This document shows, piece by piece, positions 1 to 8,537 of a stretch of DNA of 41,468 nucleotides (position 1 is the first letter of the stretch; the number at the start of each line of letters is the position of its first letter). The translations under genes were made by a program, and so were the position numbers. The notes beneath the pieces were generated by a model. It was given only the letters and a program-made list of their open reading frames with translations. It ran no database searches and had not been told where the DNA came from. The stretch covers positions 1 through 41,468 of IMG/VR virus record IMGVR_UViG_3300005805_000168. One strand, written 5' to 3'. The stretch is from a virus. Taxonomy: Duplodnaviria > Caudoviricetes.

Positions 1-146
1 TCCGGGATGCAAACACCGCAATCGATGCATTCGTCAGGGTTTATAGCTAGGAAGTTCGGTCCTTCATAAAAACAATCTACGGGGCAAACTTGCACACAAT
101 CGGTATGCTTGCATTTAATACAGTTCTCAGTTACTACGTGTGTCAT
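1..146 (-). CDS. fdxA: 7Fe ([3Fe-4S][4Fe-4S]) ferredoxin, FdxA/Azotobacter FdI type; 3' end runs off the window
   Basis: Not in ORF track. Manual translation from ATG at 146: [48 protein letters not shown], with the FdI cysteine spacing. ATG overlaps the upstream TGA (ATGA). Confidence 0.92.
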   Translation of the reverse strand, partial: MTHVVTENCIKCKHTDCVQVCPVDCFYEGPNFLAINPDECIDCGVCIP

Positions 147-379
147 TTAATATATCCTAATGTTTCAATATGTGATTTTGCAGTTTCGTCACTTAAAGCT
201 TTTAAAAAAATATCATTGAATCCAAATTTTTCACAAAAAGCAGCACCGAATGTTTTGCCTTTTAGTTTATCAAAAACAAATTCTTTCAAAAAAATTTCGT
301 AATCTGTTTTACTGACTGTTTTATTAGAATTTGCAGTCAATTGTTCTAGTGCAGCTAATGTTGTGATAAAACTAGGCAT
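143..379 (-). CDS. hypothetical protein
   Basis: ORF 143..445; the ATG at 379 (MPSFITT) directly follows the upstream stop. Confidence 0.6.
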   Translation of the reverse strand: MPSFITTLAALEQLTANSNKTVSKTDYEIFLKEFVFDKLKGKTFGAAFCEKFGFNDIFLKALSDETAKSHIETLGYIK

Positions 380-380
380 A

Positions 381-914
381 TTAGTCCCAAAGTGCTCTGT
401 AATACTTACCGAACAATTCAAGACCTTCTTGAATACGTTCTTCATGTAATCGATGCCCTACATGATCGTACCAGTGTTCATTAGGATTTTTATCTACCAT
501 TTGATAAAGCTTTTCCATTTTTCCTGTTACGGGATTAGGATGCATTTTATCACATTCAACAAAATCATATTCTGCTTTGCCGTGATGATATAATGAATCG
601 TATTCGTCTTTGAGTATTTGTTCAAAAGACCAAATCATTTTGTCTAAGACTTCATCCCACTCTTTAATCCGTTGATCAAATGCCCAATCTGATGTTTCGG
701 AATAAAAATCAAAAGAATATTGGTCGTCATGATTTTGACCACCTACGTTTCCAAACTCATTTGGTATTCCGTGTTTAGTTTCTTTTAACTGAATCAATGC
801 CGGTAGTATAATTAACGCCAATGTGTGATCCAGCGACCAAGTATCGAATTTATCAATTGCCACATTGATAATTCGATCAGAATTTTTTCTAAAATTTCCG
901 ATTTTTACTTTCAT
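381..914 (-). CDS. hypothetical phage protein (DTWSLDHTLA...LFGKYYRALWD type)
   Basis: 177-aa ORF, ATGA-coupled to upstream gene. Confidence 0.75.
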   Translation of the reverse strand: MKVKIGNFRKNSDRIINVAIDKFDTWSLDHTLALIILPALIQLKETKHGIPNEFGNVGGQNHDDQYSFDFYSETSDWAFDQRIKEWDEVLDKMIWSFEQILKDEYDSLYHHGKAEYDFVECDKMHPNPVTGKMEKLYQMVDKNPNEHWYDHVGHRLHEERIQEGLELFGKYYRALWD

Positions 915-1249
915 TGTGGACTAGATGCAACCTTACCATTAACAAACCAAAAAACTTGATTCTCGTCATCCTGTACGTATGCCAATTTTATATCCTTGTA
1001 CTCTACTAGTTTTTGTCCTAGTTCGTTTATATCACTAGATTGGCACAAAAAAGTGTCTGTCTTTTTATCAAACAGGTAATATGTGTTGCCGTGTTTTTCT
1101 AGTGTCAAAACAGGAGCAACTTTTATTTCAGGTTCTTCTTTAAGAACGCCGGCTTCTTTGGCTGCGTTGTGTATCTGCTTTCTAATGACATTAGCAGCAT
1201 AATTAGCACCAATGAAAAAACCTAGTACAAAAATTGCAAGATATTCCAT
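911..1249 (-). CDS. hypothetical protein with N-terminal membrane anchor
   Basis: hydrophobic N-terminus MEYLAIFVLGFFIGANYAA. Confidence 0.7.
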   Translation of the reverse strand: MEYLAIFVLGFFIGANYAANVIRKQIHNAAKEAGVLKEEPEIKVAPVLTLEKHGNTYYLFDKKTDTFLCQSSDINELGQKLVEYKDIKLAYVQDDENQVFWFVNGKVASSPQ

Positions 1250-1253
1250 GATA

Positions 1254-1535
1254 TTATTTATTTACAAAAAGTGTAGACCATTGTTTTAGTTTTTCGAACT
1301 TTACTTTTTTTGCATCGGCTATGCCATTGCTTGTGACACCTACTTTAGCTTTTACAAGCAACTCAATCATAGCTTGTAGATCACCCAACTCTTTTTGCAG
1401 CGCCATGATATTAGTTTCGTCAGAATTTGGTTTGCATTGATCTGGTCCAAACCTCATTATCTTACAAATCTCTACGATGACTTCGGCACATTCTTCTTGT
1501 AGTATTTGTAATATTTCTTTAGTGTTTTCATTCAT
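1254..1535 (-). CDS. MazG-like all-alpha NTP pyrophosphohydrolase
   Basis: EECAE...KELGDL motif (EExxE...ExxD); likely start MNENTKE at 1535, coupled to upstream stop. Confidence 0.75.
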   Translation of the reverse strand: MNENTKEILQILQEECAEVIVEICKIMRFGPDQCKPNSDETNIMALQKELGDLQAMIELLVKAKVGVTSNGIADAKKVKFEKLKQWSTLFVNK

Positions 1536-1987
1536 ACATGTTTTTCCAAATAAGTCTGCCATTGAACCCATTTATTTTTAATTAGAAATCCCCAATCACG
1601 TTGTTGTGGACCCATAAAGAATAGTGTAGTAGCAGGACCAACACTTTCATCAAGCTCAAGCCAGTGGAATTCATTTGCTTTTCTGCGAATGATACTACCG
1701 GGGCCTCTCCACCGTGTAAACTCAGCAAACTTTTCGCCATCCTTGTTAAATACCGGTATATGTTCCCAGTAACCACCTCTAAGAACGATTGTCATATATG
1801 GCCAAGGATGATCATGAAATATAGGATCGTCGCTTTTTACAATTTTGTGTAGTGTAACATTAAAGGGAAACTTAGTTCTATCTTTTAGAAACAAGTAATA
1901 CCTATGCATATAATCTTCACCCGTTCTTCGGTCCGGGATCAATCTATACCTACCTAGCTTGTCCATAAATTTATGAAATAAACTCAT
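1532..1987 (-). CDS. cupin-like protein
   Basis: FHDHPW...GGYWE...FHWLEL metal-binding cupin pattern; AGGAG SD upstream. Confidence 0.65.
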   Translation of the reverse strand: MSLFHKFMDKLGRYRLIPDRRTGEDYMHRYYLFLKDRTKFPFNVTLHKIVKSDDPIFHDHPWPYMTIVLRGGYWEHIPVFNKDGEKFAEFTRWRGPGSIIRRKANEFHWLELDESVGPATTLFFMGPQQRDWGFLIKNKWVQWQTYLEKHV

Positions 1988-2040
1988 AAATGCTCCTTTA
2001 AGTTATCTAAGTATAACATAATATGTAATATTAGAAAAAG

Positions 2041-2064
2041 AAAAAGGGTGAGAATTCTCACCCT
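2041..2064 (-). terminator. intrinsic terminator
   Basis: minus strand AGGGTGAGAATTCTCACCCT inverted repeat followed by a T run, after the 2085..2348 gene. Confidence 0.65.
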
Positions 2065-2084
2065 CCGGCTCATCTCTCCCGAGA

Positions 2085-2348
2085 TTAGACTTTTTGCATA
2101 GCCAACGCACGATAGCCTGCGGCTACTACAGCACGGCTAGGACGACCCAAACGATACTTGGTATAAGTATCTCCGCGCTTGTTGGTACGCTTGTTTGCGT
2201 AAATAGCGAAGCCTTGGAAGCGAAGTGCGCTAACGGCTGCGGTGGGGTTCGGAATGTCAAATCGATAATTGATCTGATTAGCAGTGAGTTCCTCACCACG
2301 CTGTAATGCCTCTAATAGGCGTGATTGCTTAGTAGTTGTAACGTTCAT
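2085..2348 (-). CDS. small winged helix-turn-helix DNA-binding protein
   Basis: LLEALQRGEELTANQINYRFDIPNPTAAVSALRFQGFAI pattern followed by a beta-wing. Confidence 0.6.
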   Translation of the reverse strand: MNVTTTKQSRLLEALQRGEELTANQINYRFDIPNPTAAVSALRFQGFAIYANKRTNKRGDTYTKYRLGRPSRAVVAAGYRALAMQKV

Positions 2349-2452
2349 ATTTTTCCTCTTGAAAATTCGCTGTTGTCAGCGTATTAAGAGTATACAACAT
2401 ACGTGACTGTATACACAAGTTATACGGGTAACTAGTTACCCGTATCACAAAG

Positions 2453-3301
2453 TTACACTTCCAAATATTGCAATTCGTAGTTGTCAGCTTGGGCTTCATA
2501 TCCAGCATAACCACGTGGGTTGCAAACAATTCGACAAGTGCCAATCATATAATCAAAGTTGTGATGAGTATGACCATGAGTCCAAAGTTTAATTTGGGGG
2601 TGATCCAAAATAAACTCACTAAGATCGCTAGCATATGCACCGTTCATCACATGATCATCCTTGTAGTTGGGATGAATTGAAAGCTTACTAGGCGCCATGT
2701 GGCCAACGACTACAAACTTTTGGTCAAACTTTCCTTCGATTACAGTTCGGATATATTGTACACTTCTACGATGTTGAGCAGCCGTATGTGCAGGCCGCAG
2801 TTTGGTATAACCCAATTCGTTGTGACGTACCATACGGTAGTCATTCATCATGTCCGCGACCGCATGCAGAGTAATAGGATCACCCTTGTTCATATCGGTC
2901 CACAATGTGCAACCAATAAAGGTTACATCATTGATTGTGCGACAGTCGTTTTCCATGAAATATACGTTTGGAAACTTTGCACATTCATTGCGAAGGTCTT
3001 GTAGACTACCTGGAAACTTTCCATGATAAAATTCATGGTTGCCTGCTACGTAAACAACGTGTGGAAACTGGAAACTGCAACGCTTCAAAAAGTCACGGAA
3101 CATTTGTGCAGTCTTTTGCCTACGCCCCAGATCGGCGAGGTTAATGTTACTGTACATACCGTAGTCCATTTCTGGATGATCGTGCAGGTCTTGGGCGATC
3201 ATAATGTCGCCAGAAAGAATTAGGACATCGGCATTACCCTCATTCTTGAGGTTGATATCACCAAATTCTAAGTGTAGGTCTGAGGCAAGTGCGATTTTCA
3301 T
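2453..3301 (-). CDS. calcineurin-like metallophosphoesterase
   Basis: intact motifs SDLH, LSGD, AGNHE, GHMAP, HGHTH. Confidence 0.9.
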   Translation of the reverse strand: MKIALASDLHLEFGDINLKNEGNADVLILSGDIMIAQDLHDHPEMDYGMYSNINLADLGRRQKTAQMFRDFLKRCSFQFPHVVYVAGNHEFYHGKFPGSLQDLRNECAKFPNVYFMENDCRTINDVTFIGCTLWTDMNKGDPITLHAVADMMNDYRMVRHNELGYTKLRPAHTAAQHRRSVQYIRTVIEGKFDQKFVVVGHMAPSKLSIHPNYKDDHVMNGAYASDLSEFILDHPQIKLWTHGHTHHNFDYMIGTCRIVCNPRGYAGYEAQADNYELQYLEV

Positions 3302-3310
3302 AATATTTTA

Positions 3311-3339
3311 ATATTAACAGAAATTCTATTTATTGTCAA
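3311..3339 (-). promoter_or_regulatory. sigma70-type promoter overlapping the 3' end of the upstream gene
   Basis: TTGACA(ATAAAT)-17 bp-TAATAT. Confidence 0.6.
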
Positions 3340-4492
3340 CTAATAAAGTACTGAATGACTTTTTGTTCATGAGCAATTCATAGTTATGGTCACATACCTC
3401 TTTGGTTTGTATTAATAGTGTTTCTAGTTCTTGTTGTGATAATTTACATAGTCTTTCGGTCTCGGCCAAGATCATTTGTATTCTTTTTTGGTCATCCATT
3501 TCAAGATCATATGATTCATTGATGTATGGATGAAAAGTTTTGTATCCCTTTTCTCTGAAATATTCTAAACTTTTTGGTACTGACATTAATATGAATGGAT
3601 GCTTGTGTACTATTGTTTTATACGTTTTTTCTGTCAAAAATCTTGTGTTCGTATTTTTGAAAAAAGTTTCGCATACAACACTAAAGTAACAGTCATTGTA
3701 TGCATATTGTGGATTGGGATCATGCCAATCAGGATTACTACTGAGACTATTTTTATCTACTACTAGTGGGGTGGATTTTTCAATTTTATTTCGTTTTTGG
3801 GTCAATATTTCTTCGTAATAAGGAAAATCTTGAAACATTTTTGACCAAGCAGACTTCCAGTTATTGTGTTCGTTCTGTTCTTCAATTAAAGAAACATATC
3901 CGTATTTTAACAGGTCGTTAACAATTAACAATGAAACAAACAATGGACGATGCACCCGCCACTGTCTATTCAAACAGATAAATTTTTTACTAGGAGCAGT
4001 ATTTTTTATAGAAGAAGTTTGGTTATTTTTTTCTTTTTGACTAATTCTTCCTTCAAACTCGCCGGTTAATATTGTTTGTATAGGTTTCTTATTATACTGA
4101 GAACTTATCCTAGCAATCTCGGGTTCTATGTCTCTGGCACCTGTCAATAATAGTACGGATGTTTCTGGTAGAGAAAGTCTTTTAATAATTTTTTCGTATA
4201 TAGGTTCTATGATAGAAACATCAGCTTCACCATAATTAGAAATGATTAAAGTTACTTTGTTATTTCGTATATACTCTAATGTATTTGATAGTAATGCTTG
4301 ATCGAGATATGCTTCGTTGAATGAATGTATACTTTCAACTTCTACATACCAAAAAAGACCATTGGTAAAAATCCAATGGTCTGTCATTGCTCGATTATAA
4401 TGTTTGCGTATTTCTATACCATATGAAGTAATATGTGGAAAAGAATTTTTATTTAGAATTGGCATTTCTTGATAGTTGTCTACACTTTTCAC
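3326..4492 (-). CDS. glycosyltransferase-like protein (GT10-like TEK motif), paralog of 26542..27546
   Basis: FICLNR..RVHR, FSVVCET, FLTEKTYKTIVHKHPFI, GYKTFHPYINESYD; AT-rich; start may be 4465. Confidence 0.5.
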   Translation of the reverse strand: MKSVDNYQEMPILNKNSFPHITSYGIEIRKHYNRAMTDHWIFTNGLFWYVEVESIHSFNEAYLDQALLSNTLEYIRNNKVTLIISNYGEADVSIIEPIYEKIIKRLSLPETSVLLLTGARDIEPEIARISSQYNKKPIQTILTGEFEGRISQKEKNNQTSSIKNTAPSKKFICLNRQWRVHRPLFVSLLIVNDLLKYGYVSLIEEQNEHNNWKSAWSKMFQDFPYYEEILTQKRNKIEKSTPLVVDKNSLSSNPDWHDPNPQYAYNDCYFSVVCETFFKNTNTRFLTEKTYKTIVHKHPFILMSVPKSLEYFREKGYKTFHPYINESYDLEMDDQKRIQMILAETERLCKLSQQELETLLIQTKEVCDHNYELLMNKKSFSTLLVDNK

Positions 4493-4646
4493 GCATCTCT
4501 GGTGTAAAATCAGGGCTTATCTCTGCTATAGAACAATTGATGTGTTTTTCAGGAGATGGAAAATATGAGAGGATGATCCTACTAAATAGGTAGCCCAAAC
4601 ATAAACATACAATGATAATAATGACTTCTCTTGTAACCGGTTTCAT
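4449..4646 (-). CDS. small membrane protein
   Basis: one TM segment followed by CSIAEISPDF...REKC. Confidence 0.65.
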   Translation of the reverse strand: MKPVTREVIIIIVCLCLGYLFSRIILSYFPSPEKHINCSIAEISPDFTPEMREKCRQLSRNANSK

Positions 4647-5053
4647 GAAACATCCTCTACCTTACCACTTGGGTATTTATTGCTAGCATAGCGAACTACC
4701 AGGACACTTGCACCTAAAATTAGGATTGATCCACTCATAGCCAAGATTTCATAAATTTTATCGTGTCCTGCAACTAGATCAACAATGTATCTAGTAATGG
4801 CTGTGATAGCAATGTATATTAGAAAACGCACAGGCATATGATTGGTCTTGAAGTAGATACCAACCATGGCACCAATTTCTAAATAAATGAACATAAGCAA
4901 CAAGTCTTGAATACTAGCATGATGTTTACTGAACATCAAAAAAAATTCATAGCCGGCTGCCCATGCCGTAGCTGCGCCAATAGCAAACAATGCGAGTGTG
5001 TGGAATACACCTACAAGTATGTTCCCTATCTTATCTAATGTTGTCAATATCAT
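4643..5053 (-). CDS. psiE: phosphate-starvation-inducible PsiE family membrane protein
   Basis: DLLLMFIYLEIGAMVGIYFKTNHMPVRFLIYIAITAITR matches the PsiE signature; four TM helices. Confidence 0.85.
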   Translation of the reverse strand: MILTTLDKIGNILVGVFHTLALFAIGAATAWAAGYEFFLMFSKHHASIQDLLLMFIYLEIGAMVGIYFKTNHMPVRFLIYIAITAITRYIVDLVAGHDKIYEILAMSGSILILGASVLVVRYASNKYPSGKVEDVS

Positions 5054-5607
5054 TCTTTCGTATGCTCCTCACAGCGTACTTTAATCCAACCACCGTTTGT
5101 GCGTACACCGGGCTTACCGCATTCTTCACATGTAATAGCAGTCATAGCCTCAGCCATACTCACAATGCCTGAAACATATTCGTCACCGCCGCGGTAGTAA
5201 AAACGGAGTGTCCCGAATTTCTCTTTAACTTGTTCTACAACGACTTGGGTACATGCATCAGGCACCTTACGCTCACCATCTACCAATGCCACCTCTACTT
5301 TCCCCTTCACCCACTTGTCGTTTTCGGGAGTTGATTGTACTCCTCTAGAAAGGTATTTAGTCAATGAAGATAGATCACCCTTTAGAGCCTTTTTAAGTGC
5401 TCGGTTGTATTTTAGTGTCACTGCTTTTTGCTTGCGTTTCCAATCAATGTGGGATTGGATTAAACTACATGTGTTGTGAACAATGTCGAACCAACCATCA
5501 CCAATTTCAAATCCCCAACACATACAAGTTTGTGTAGGATCTGAGTATCTTTCTTTAAACATTTTTGGAAACTTTTCAACTAGATATGCATCTTTTTCTG
5601 GAGTCAT
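5050..5607 (-). CDS. conserved phage hypothetical protein with C-terminal Cys cluster
   Basis: GFEIGDGW...QVKEKFGTLRFY...CEECG...C pattern. Confidence 0.7.
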   Translation of the reverse strand: MTPEKDAYLVEKFPKMFKERYSDPTQTCMCWGFEIGDGWFDIVHNTCSLIQSHIDWKRKQKAVTLKYNRALKKALKGDLSSLTKYLSRGVQSTPENDKWVKGKVEVALVDGERKVPDACTQVVVEQVKEKFGTLRFYYRGGDEYVSGIVSMAEAMTAITCEECGKPGVRTNGGWIKVRCEEHTKE

Positions 5608-5608
5608 T

Positions 5609-6022
5609 TTATACTTCCTTTAACCATTCAATACGAAAATCGTCCGGGTCATCAACCAACATGTGTGGTTTTACTTCAGTCCAAACACCGTCAATACGAA
5701 TTTCTATTTTAGTATTATACAGCATTTCCTGATCAACCTTATGATTTATTTCATCCAATACGCCCATTCTTCGCATTGCTTCCATACGGTTCCATTTTTG
5801 GAACTCTTTGCTCTCTGCCATCTTGACAAAGGCTTCCCGTTTGTTGTCGTGCTGGCTTCGGCTTGCTTCCGAGTAACCATGCGCCCCGCTGGGTCGGTGT
5901 GTGCAATGTACGGCGCTTGAAGTCTTGTTGCGCTTCTGCCCACCAGCCCCCGTTCCCTTTGTATAACTCCATTCGCAATCCTTTGCGGTTACACTGAATA
6001 ATAGTTCTTTTTTCTTTTCCAT
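5609..6022 (-). CDS. class I peptide chain release factor (RF-1) domain protein, GGQ peptidyl-tRNA hydrolase
   Basis: YTKGTGAGGQKRNKTSSAVHCTHRPSG...SRSQHDNKREA; 137 aa, no codon-recognition domain. Confidence 0.88.
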   Translation of the reverse strand: MEKKKELLFSVTAKDCEWSYTKGTGAGGQKRNKTSSAVHCTHRPSGAHGYSEASRSQHDNKREAFVKMAESKEFQKWNRMEAMRRMGVLDEINHKVDQEMLYNTKIEIRIDGVWTEVKPHMLVDDPDDFRIEWLKEV

Positions 6023-6036
6023 TTTCAGTTCATGTA

Positions 6037-6318
6037 TTATAGTTTAAGCATGGCCCAAATAGCAGTTTTTTCTAGATCACTTTTGAATTCAGGATATACC
6101 TGTTCCAATTGTGATGGTTTAATTTCTTGATAACCTTTATTAAGCTTTTTGCCAAAAAGGTTATTAGCCTCCCACCAAGAAGCCTTGATAACTTTGGTTT
6201 GTAATTTGGAACCGCGCCTACCCCAAAAGGTGACGCAGCTATCGCCATCGAGTCGAATTATTCCCCAAACTTTATCATGGATACCTTCTTTGCACCATCC
6301 TATATGGTCAATTTTCAT
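6037..6318 (-). CDS. WGR-like domain protein
   Basis: HDKVWG...TFWGRRG...KLNKGY. Confidence 0.55.
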   Translation of the reverse strand: MKIDHIGWCKEGIHDKVWGIIRLDGDSCVTFWGRRGSKLQTKVIKASWWEANNLFGKKLNKGYQEIKPSQLEQVYPEFKSDLEKTAIWAMLKL

Positions 6319-6698
6319 ACGTTAAACCCCGCATTACGCAGTTCACTCAAGTACTCAAGCCGCTTCTTTGGATTGCATGACAGCTTAATAACCTTTCCGT
6401 TGGAAAGTTCATCACTTAGGTCCTTGGCTTCTTTCAATCCGAGACCAGTTACGACACGGATAGCCTTAATCATGCCTACCCGATTCGCACCGGGCTGATG
6501 GCTACTGATACTGATGATGTTGTTATACTCACCGGTGAGCATAGCAAAGAAAATCTCACCCTTAACATCAGGGTCAAGGGTGCTTGCGATGGTATCCCAA
6601 AGCTTCATGCCTTCGTCGGTCCCGTAGGCCTCCGTGATACTACGCATGAAATTAATGCCGCTCTGGATAACATCTTGCTTGAAATCAGCGGGAATCAT
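6315..6698 (-). CDS. protein with ribosomal protein bL12 (L7/L12) C-terminal-like domain
   Basis: RVGMIKAIRVVTGLGLKEAKDLSD...LSELRNAG resembles KIxVIKxVRxxTGLGLKEAKDLVE. Confidence 0.75.
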   Translation of the reverse strand: MIPADFKQDVIQSGINFMRSITEAYGTDEGMKLWDTIASTLDPDVKGEIFFAMLTGEYNNIISISSHQPGANRVGMIKAIRVVTGLGLKEAKDLSDELSNGKVIKLSCNPKKRLEYLSELRNAGFNV

Positions 6699-6825
6699 CT
6701 TTGCGTTCCTTAATGTCCTTCTTTTGAGCTTGGCGCTCAGATTTCCAAAAAACTCGCTTCCATTCCTTAAGGTGCTTCCACCATTGCGGACTGGGCGTTA
6801 ATTGCCCCTTGCGCTTGTGAGCCAT
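6685..6825 (-). CDS. small basic Trp-rich protein (46 aa)
   Basis: Not in ORF track. MAHKRKGQLTPSPQWWKHLKEWKRVFWKSERQAQKKDIKERKDDSR; ATG overlaps upstream TAA (TAATG) and the ORF fills the gap. Confidence 0.65.
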   Translation of the reverse strand: MAHKRKGQLTPSPQWWKHLKEWKRVFWKSERQAQKKDIKERKDDSR

Positions 6826-7205
6826 TATTTTGCTCCGACTACGTGCTTACAAGTATGACGAAAAGTAAAACCAGGACACGTGCAAGTATACTTGCCGTTC
6901 GCAGTCTTGGTCAGCAGATACACCTTACCATTGCTGCCTGGAACCTCAATTGCGTTACTAGGCTTGATTTCGGCTTGCTTTTTGCCGAAGTATACTTCAT
7001 CACTCTCGACCTTGCGATCCTTAAGTTCAATAAACTTACGACCACGAAGGTCGATCCCGATAGGCTTCTTAAACTTGAAAAGAGCCTTAGTACCTGCCTT
7101 GATGTACCCGACCATCCTAGTCTTGTCATCATTGAGGTAGTAAATGTGGTTAGGGACATTGTGATCTCCCCAATCAGTAACCTCTTGCAGATATTTCATA
7201 CTCAC
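6825..7205 (-). CDS. SWIM zinc-finger protein
   Basis: C-terminal CTCPGFTFRHTCKH (CxC-n-CxH). Confidence 0.75.
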   Translation of the reverse strand: MSMKYLQEVTDWGDHNVPNHIYYLNDDKTRMVGYIKAGTKALFKFKKPIGIDLRGRKFIELKDRKVESDEVYFGKKQAEIKPSNAIEVPGSNGKVYLLTKTANGKYTCTCPGFTFRHTCKHVVGAK

Positions 7206-7223
7206 CTTTCACAGAATATGAGT

Positions 7224-7252
7224 ATTATATAACCAAAATTATTTATTGTCAA
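7224..7252 (-). promoter_or_regulatory. sigma70 early promoter (extended motif)
   Basis: TTGACA ATAAATAATTTTGGTTA TATAAT, 17-bp spacer; the TGA in the -35 box is the upstream stop. Confidence 0.85.
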
Positions 7253-7473
7253 GTGACAACGTTTACGGTTACAATAGATTGTTTCAGTACATCCTGTCCA
7301 AATACAGTAGCATCACCATGTGGTCCTTCTAGGGACAACAAGTTGATAGAATTGATATTATCAATTAGGTTCTTCATGACTCGGCGTGCAGTAGTCTCAT
7401 CGTCGCCGTCAACAACGATTCGACCCTCAAAGGTGCCCAATGAATTAATAACTTTAACGTTTAAATGTGCCAT
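7249..7473 (-). CDS. hypothetical protein
   Basis: 74-aa ORF; AAGGAG SD precedes ATG at about 7470. Confidence 0.6.
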   Translation of the reverse strand: MAHLNVKVINSLGTFEGRIVVDGDDETTARRVMKNLIDNINSINLLSLEGPHGDATVFGQDVLKQSIVTVNVVT

Positions 7474-7494
7474 ATAAAATCTCCTTTAATGATT

Positions 7495-7523
7495 ATTATA
7501 TAGCACATTTGTGCTTATATCAA
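7495..7523 (-). promoter_or_regulatory. sigma70 promoter
   Basis: TTGATA-17 bp-TATAAT. Confidence 0.7.
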
Positions 7524-7527
7524 ATAT

Positions 7528-7992
7528 TTAGGCAACAGCCTCAGCCGTCAATTCAGGTTCGAGCGGTACGAAACCACGATCATCATATTGGTGACAAACA
7601 TACCAACGACCATCACGGCGAAGAATATATTCATATTCTTCATATTGGTGTTCACGCACGTACTCATCAAAATTCTTGAAGTACCTGGCTTCAATACCAG
7701 TTTCACCTCGGTCACGACCATAGAAGGTACACTGGTTCTTGTGTGCATCTTTCCACACTTGCCACTCAGTAGACTTATAAGGGTGTGGATTTTCAAACTG
7801 ATGTTTGGCTCCGATATCGGGTGAGAGACTAGACAAGTCGCCGAGGTCAATCAATTCACGGAGCTTGAAAGGATCACGATAGTGATCAAATAAAAGTTGT
7901 CCGTTGTGTTCCAAGTAACCGTCCCAATGACAATATACCTGACCAACAGATCCGTCAGCGAATTCAAGGGCAATGGTAGAACGGGTAGCCAT
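7528..7992 (-). CDS. conserved phage hypothetical protein (YCHWDGY type)
   Basis: MATRSTI...VYCHWDGY...YGRDRGE; AGGAG SD. Confidence 0.75.
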   Translation of the reverse strand: MATRSTIALEFADGSVGQVYCHWDGYLEHNGQLLFDHYRDPFKLRELIDLGDLSSLSPDIGAKHQFENPHPYKSTEWQVWKDAHKNQCTFYGRDRGETGIEARYFKNFDEYVREHQYEEYEYILRRDGRWYVCHQYDDRGFVPLEPELTAEAVA

Positions 7993-8002
7993 TTATAACT
8001 CC

Positions 8003-8239
8003 TTAAGCAATTACAACAACACGGGGAAAATCGACACGATCCATGAAGTGGTTGCCCTGCAGTGGGGCCACGAAAGTATCGGTCTTAAACTTACGATCCT
8101 CTGAACCATCAAAAACTCGCTTGATGAAGGTAGCACGGAACGTGCCATCCATCTTGCTGATGCTTATGACCTTGCCGATCATGTAGCAATTGTCGATACC
8201 AACAAAATCAAAAGACTTGACAATATCACCGACTTGCAT
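8003..8239 (-). CDS. hypothetical protein
   Basis: start MQVGDIV at 8239 after GGAG; the longer ORF overlaps a promoter. Confidence 0.65.
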   Translation of the reverse strand: MQVGDIVKSFDFVGIDNCYMIGKVISISKMDGTFRATFIKRVFDGSEDRKFKTDTFVAPLQGNHFMDRVDFPRVVVIA

Positions 8240-8269
8240 TTTTGCTCCGTTTTTCGACTGTATGAGTAT

Positions 8270-8298
8270 ATTATACATCCAAACGGATTTATTGTCAA
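8270..8298 (-). promoter_or_regulatory. sigma70 early promoter (extended motif)
   Basis: TTGACA ATAAATCCGTTTGGATG TATAAT. Confidence 0.85.
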
Positions 8299-8300
8299 CC

Positions 8301-8537
8301 TTATTGTTTTAGCAAAAAGGCTGTGAACTCTAAACTAGGTTGGAATTTCACTACAGCCATGGGCTTTACTGTATAAGTAGTGCCGGAGAAATTCTGTTTG
8401 GTTAATCTAGTTATTCTAAGACTTCCTGATTTATACAATCCGTCGATCCTACCTATAAAAATAATATTGTCTCTGTCAACTGAAACAACACAATCCCCTA
8501 CTGATAGGGGATGCCCCACTTTATCGTGAATGCTCAT
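8301..8537 (-). CDS. hypothetical protein
   Basis: 78 aa, HDKVGHPLSVGDCVV start resembles 38598..38849. Confidence 0.6.
   Translation of the reverse strand: MSIHDKVGHPLSVGDCVVSVDRDNIIFIGRIDGLYKSGSLRITRLTKQNFSGTTYTVKPMAVVKFQPSLEFTAFLLKQ

Noticed and set aside
5609-6022. Release-factor gene as a sign of stop-codon reassignment
   Set aside because: Known genes are full length in the standard code, and the protein lacks the codon-recognition domain.
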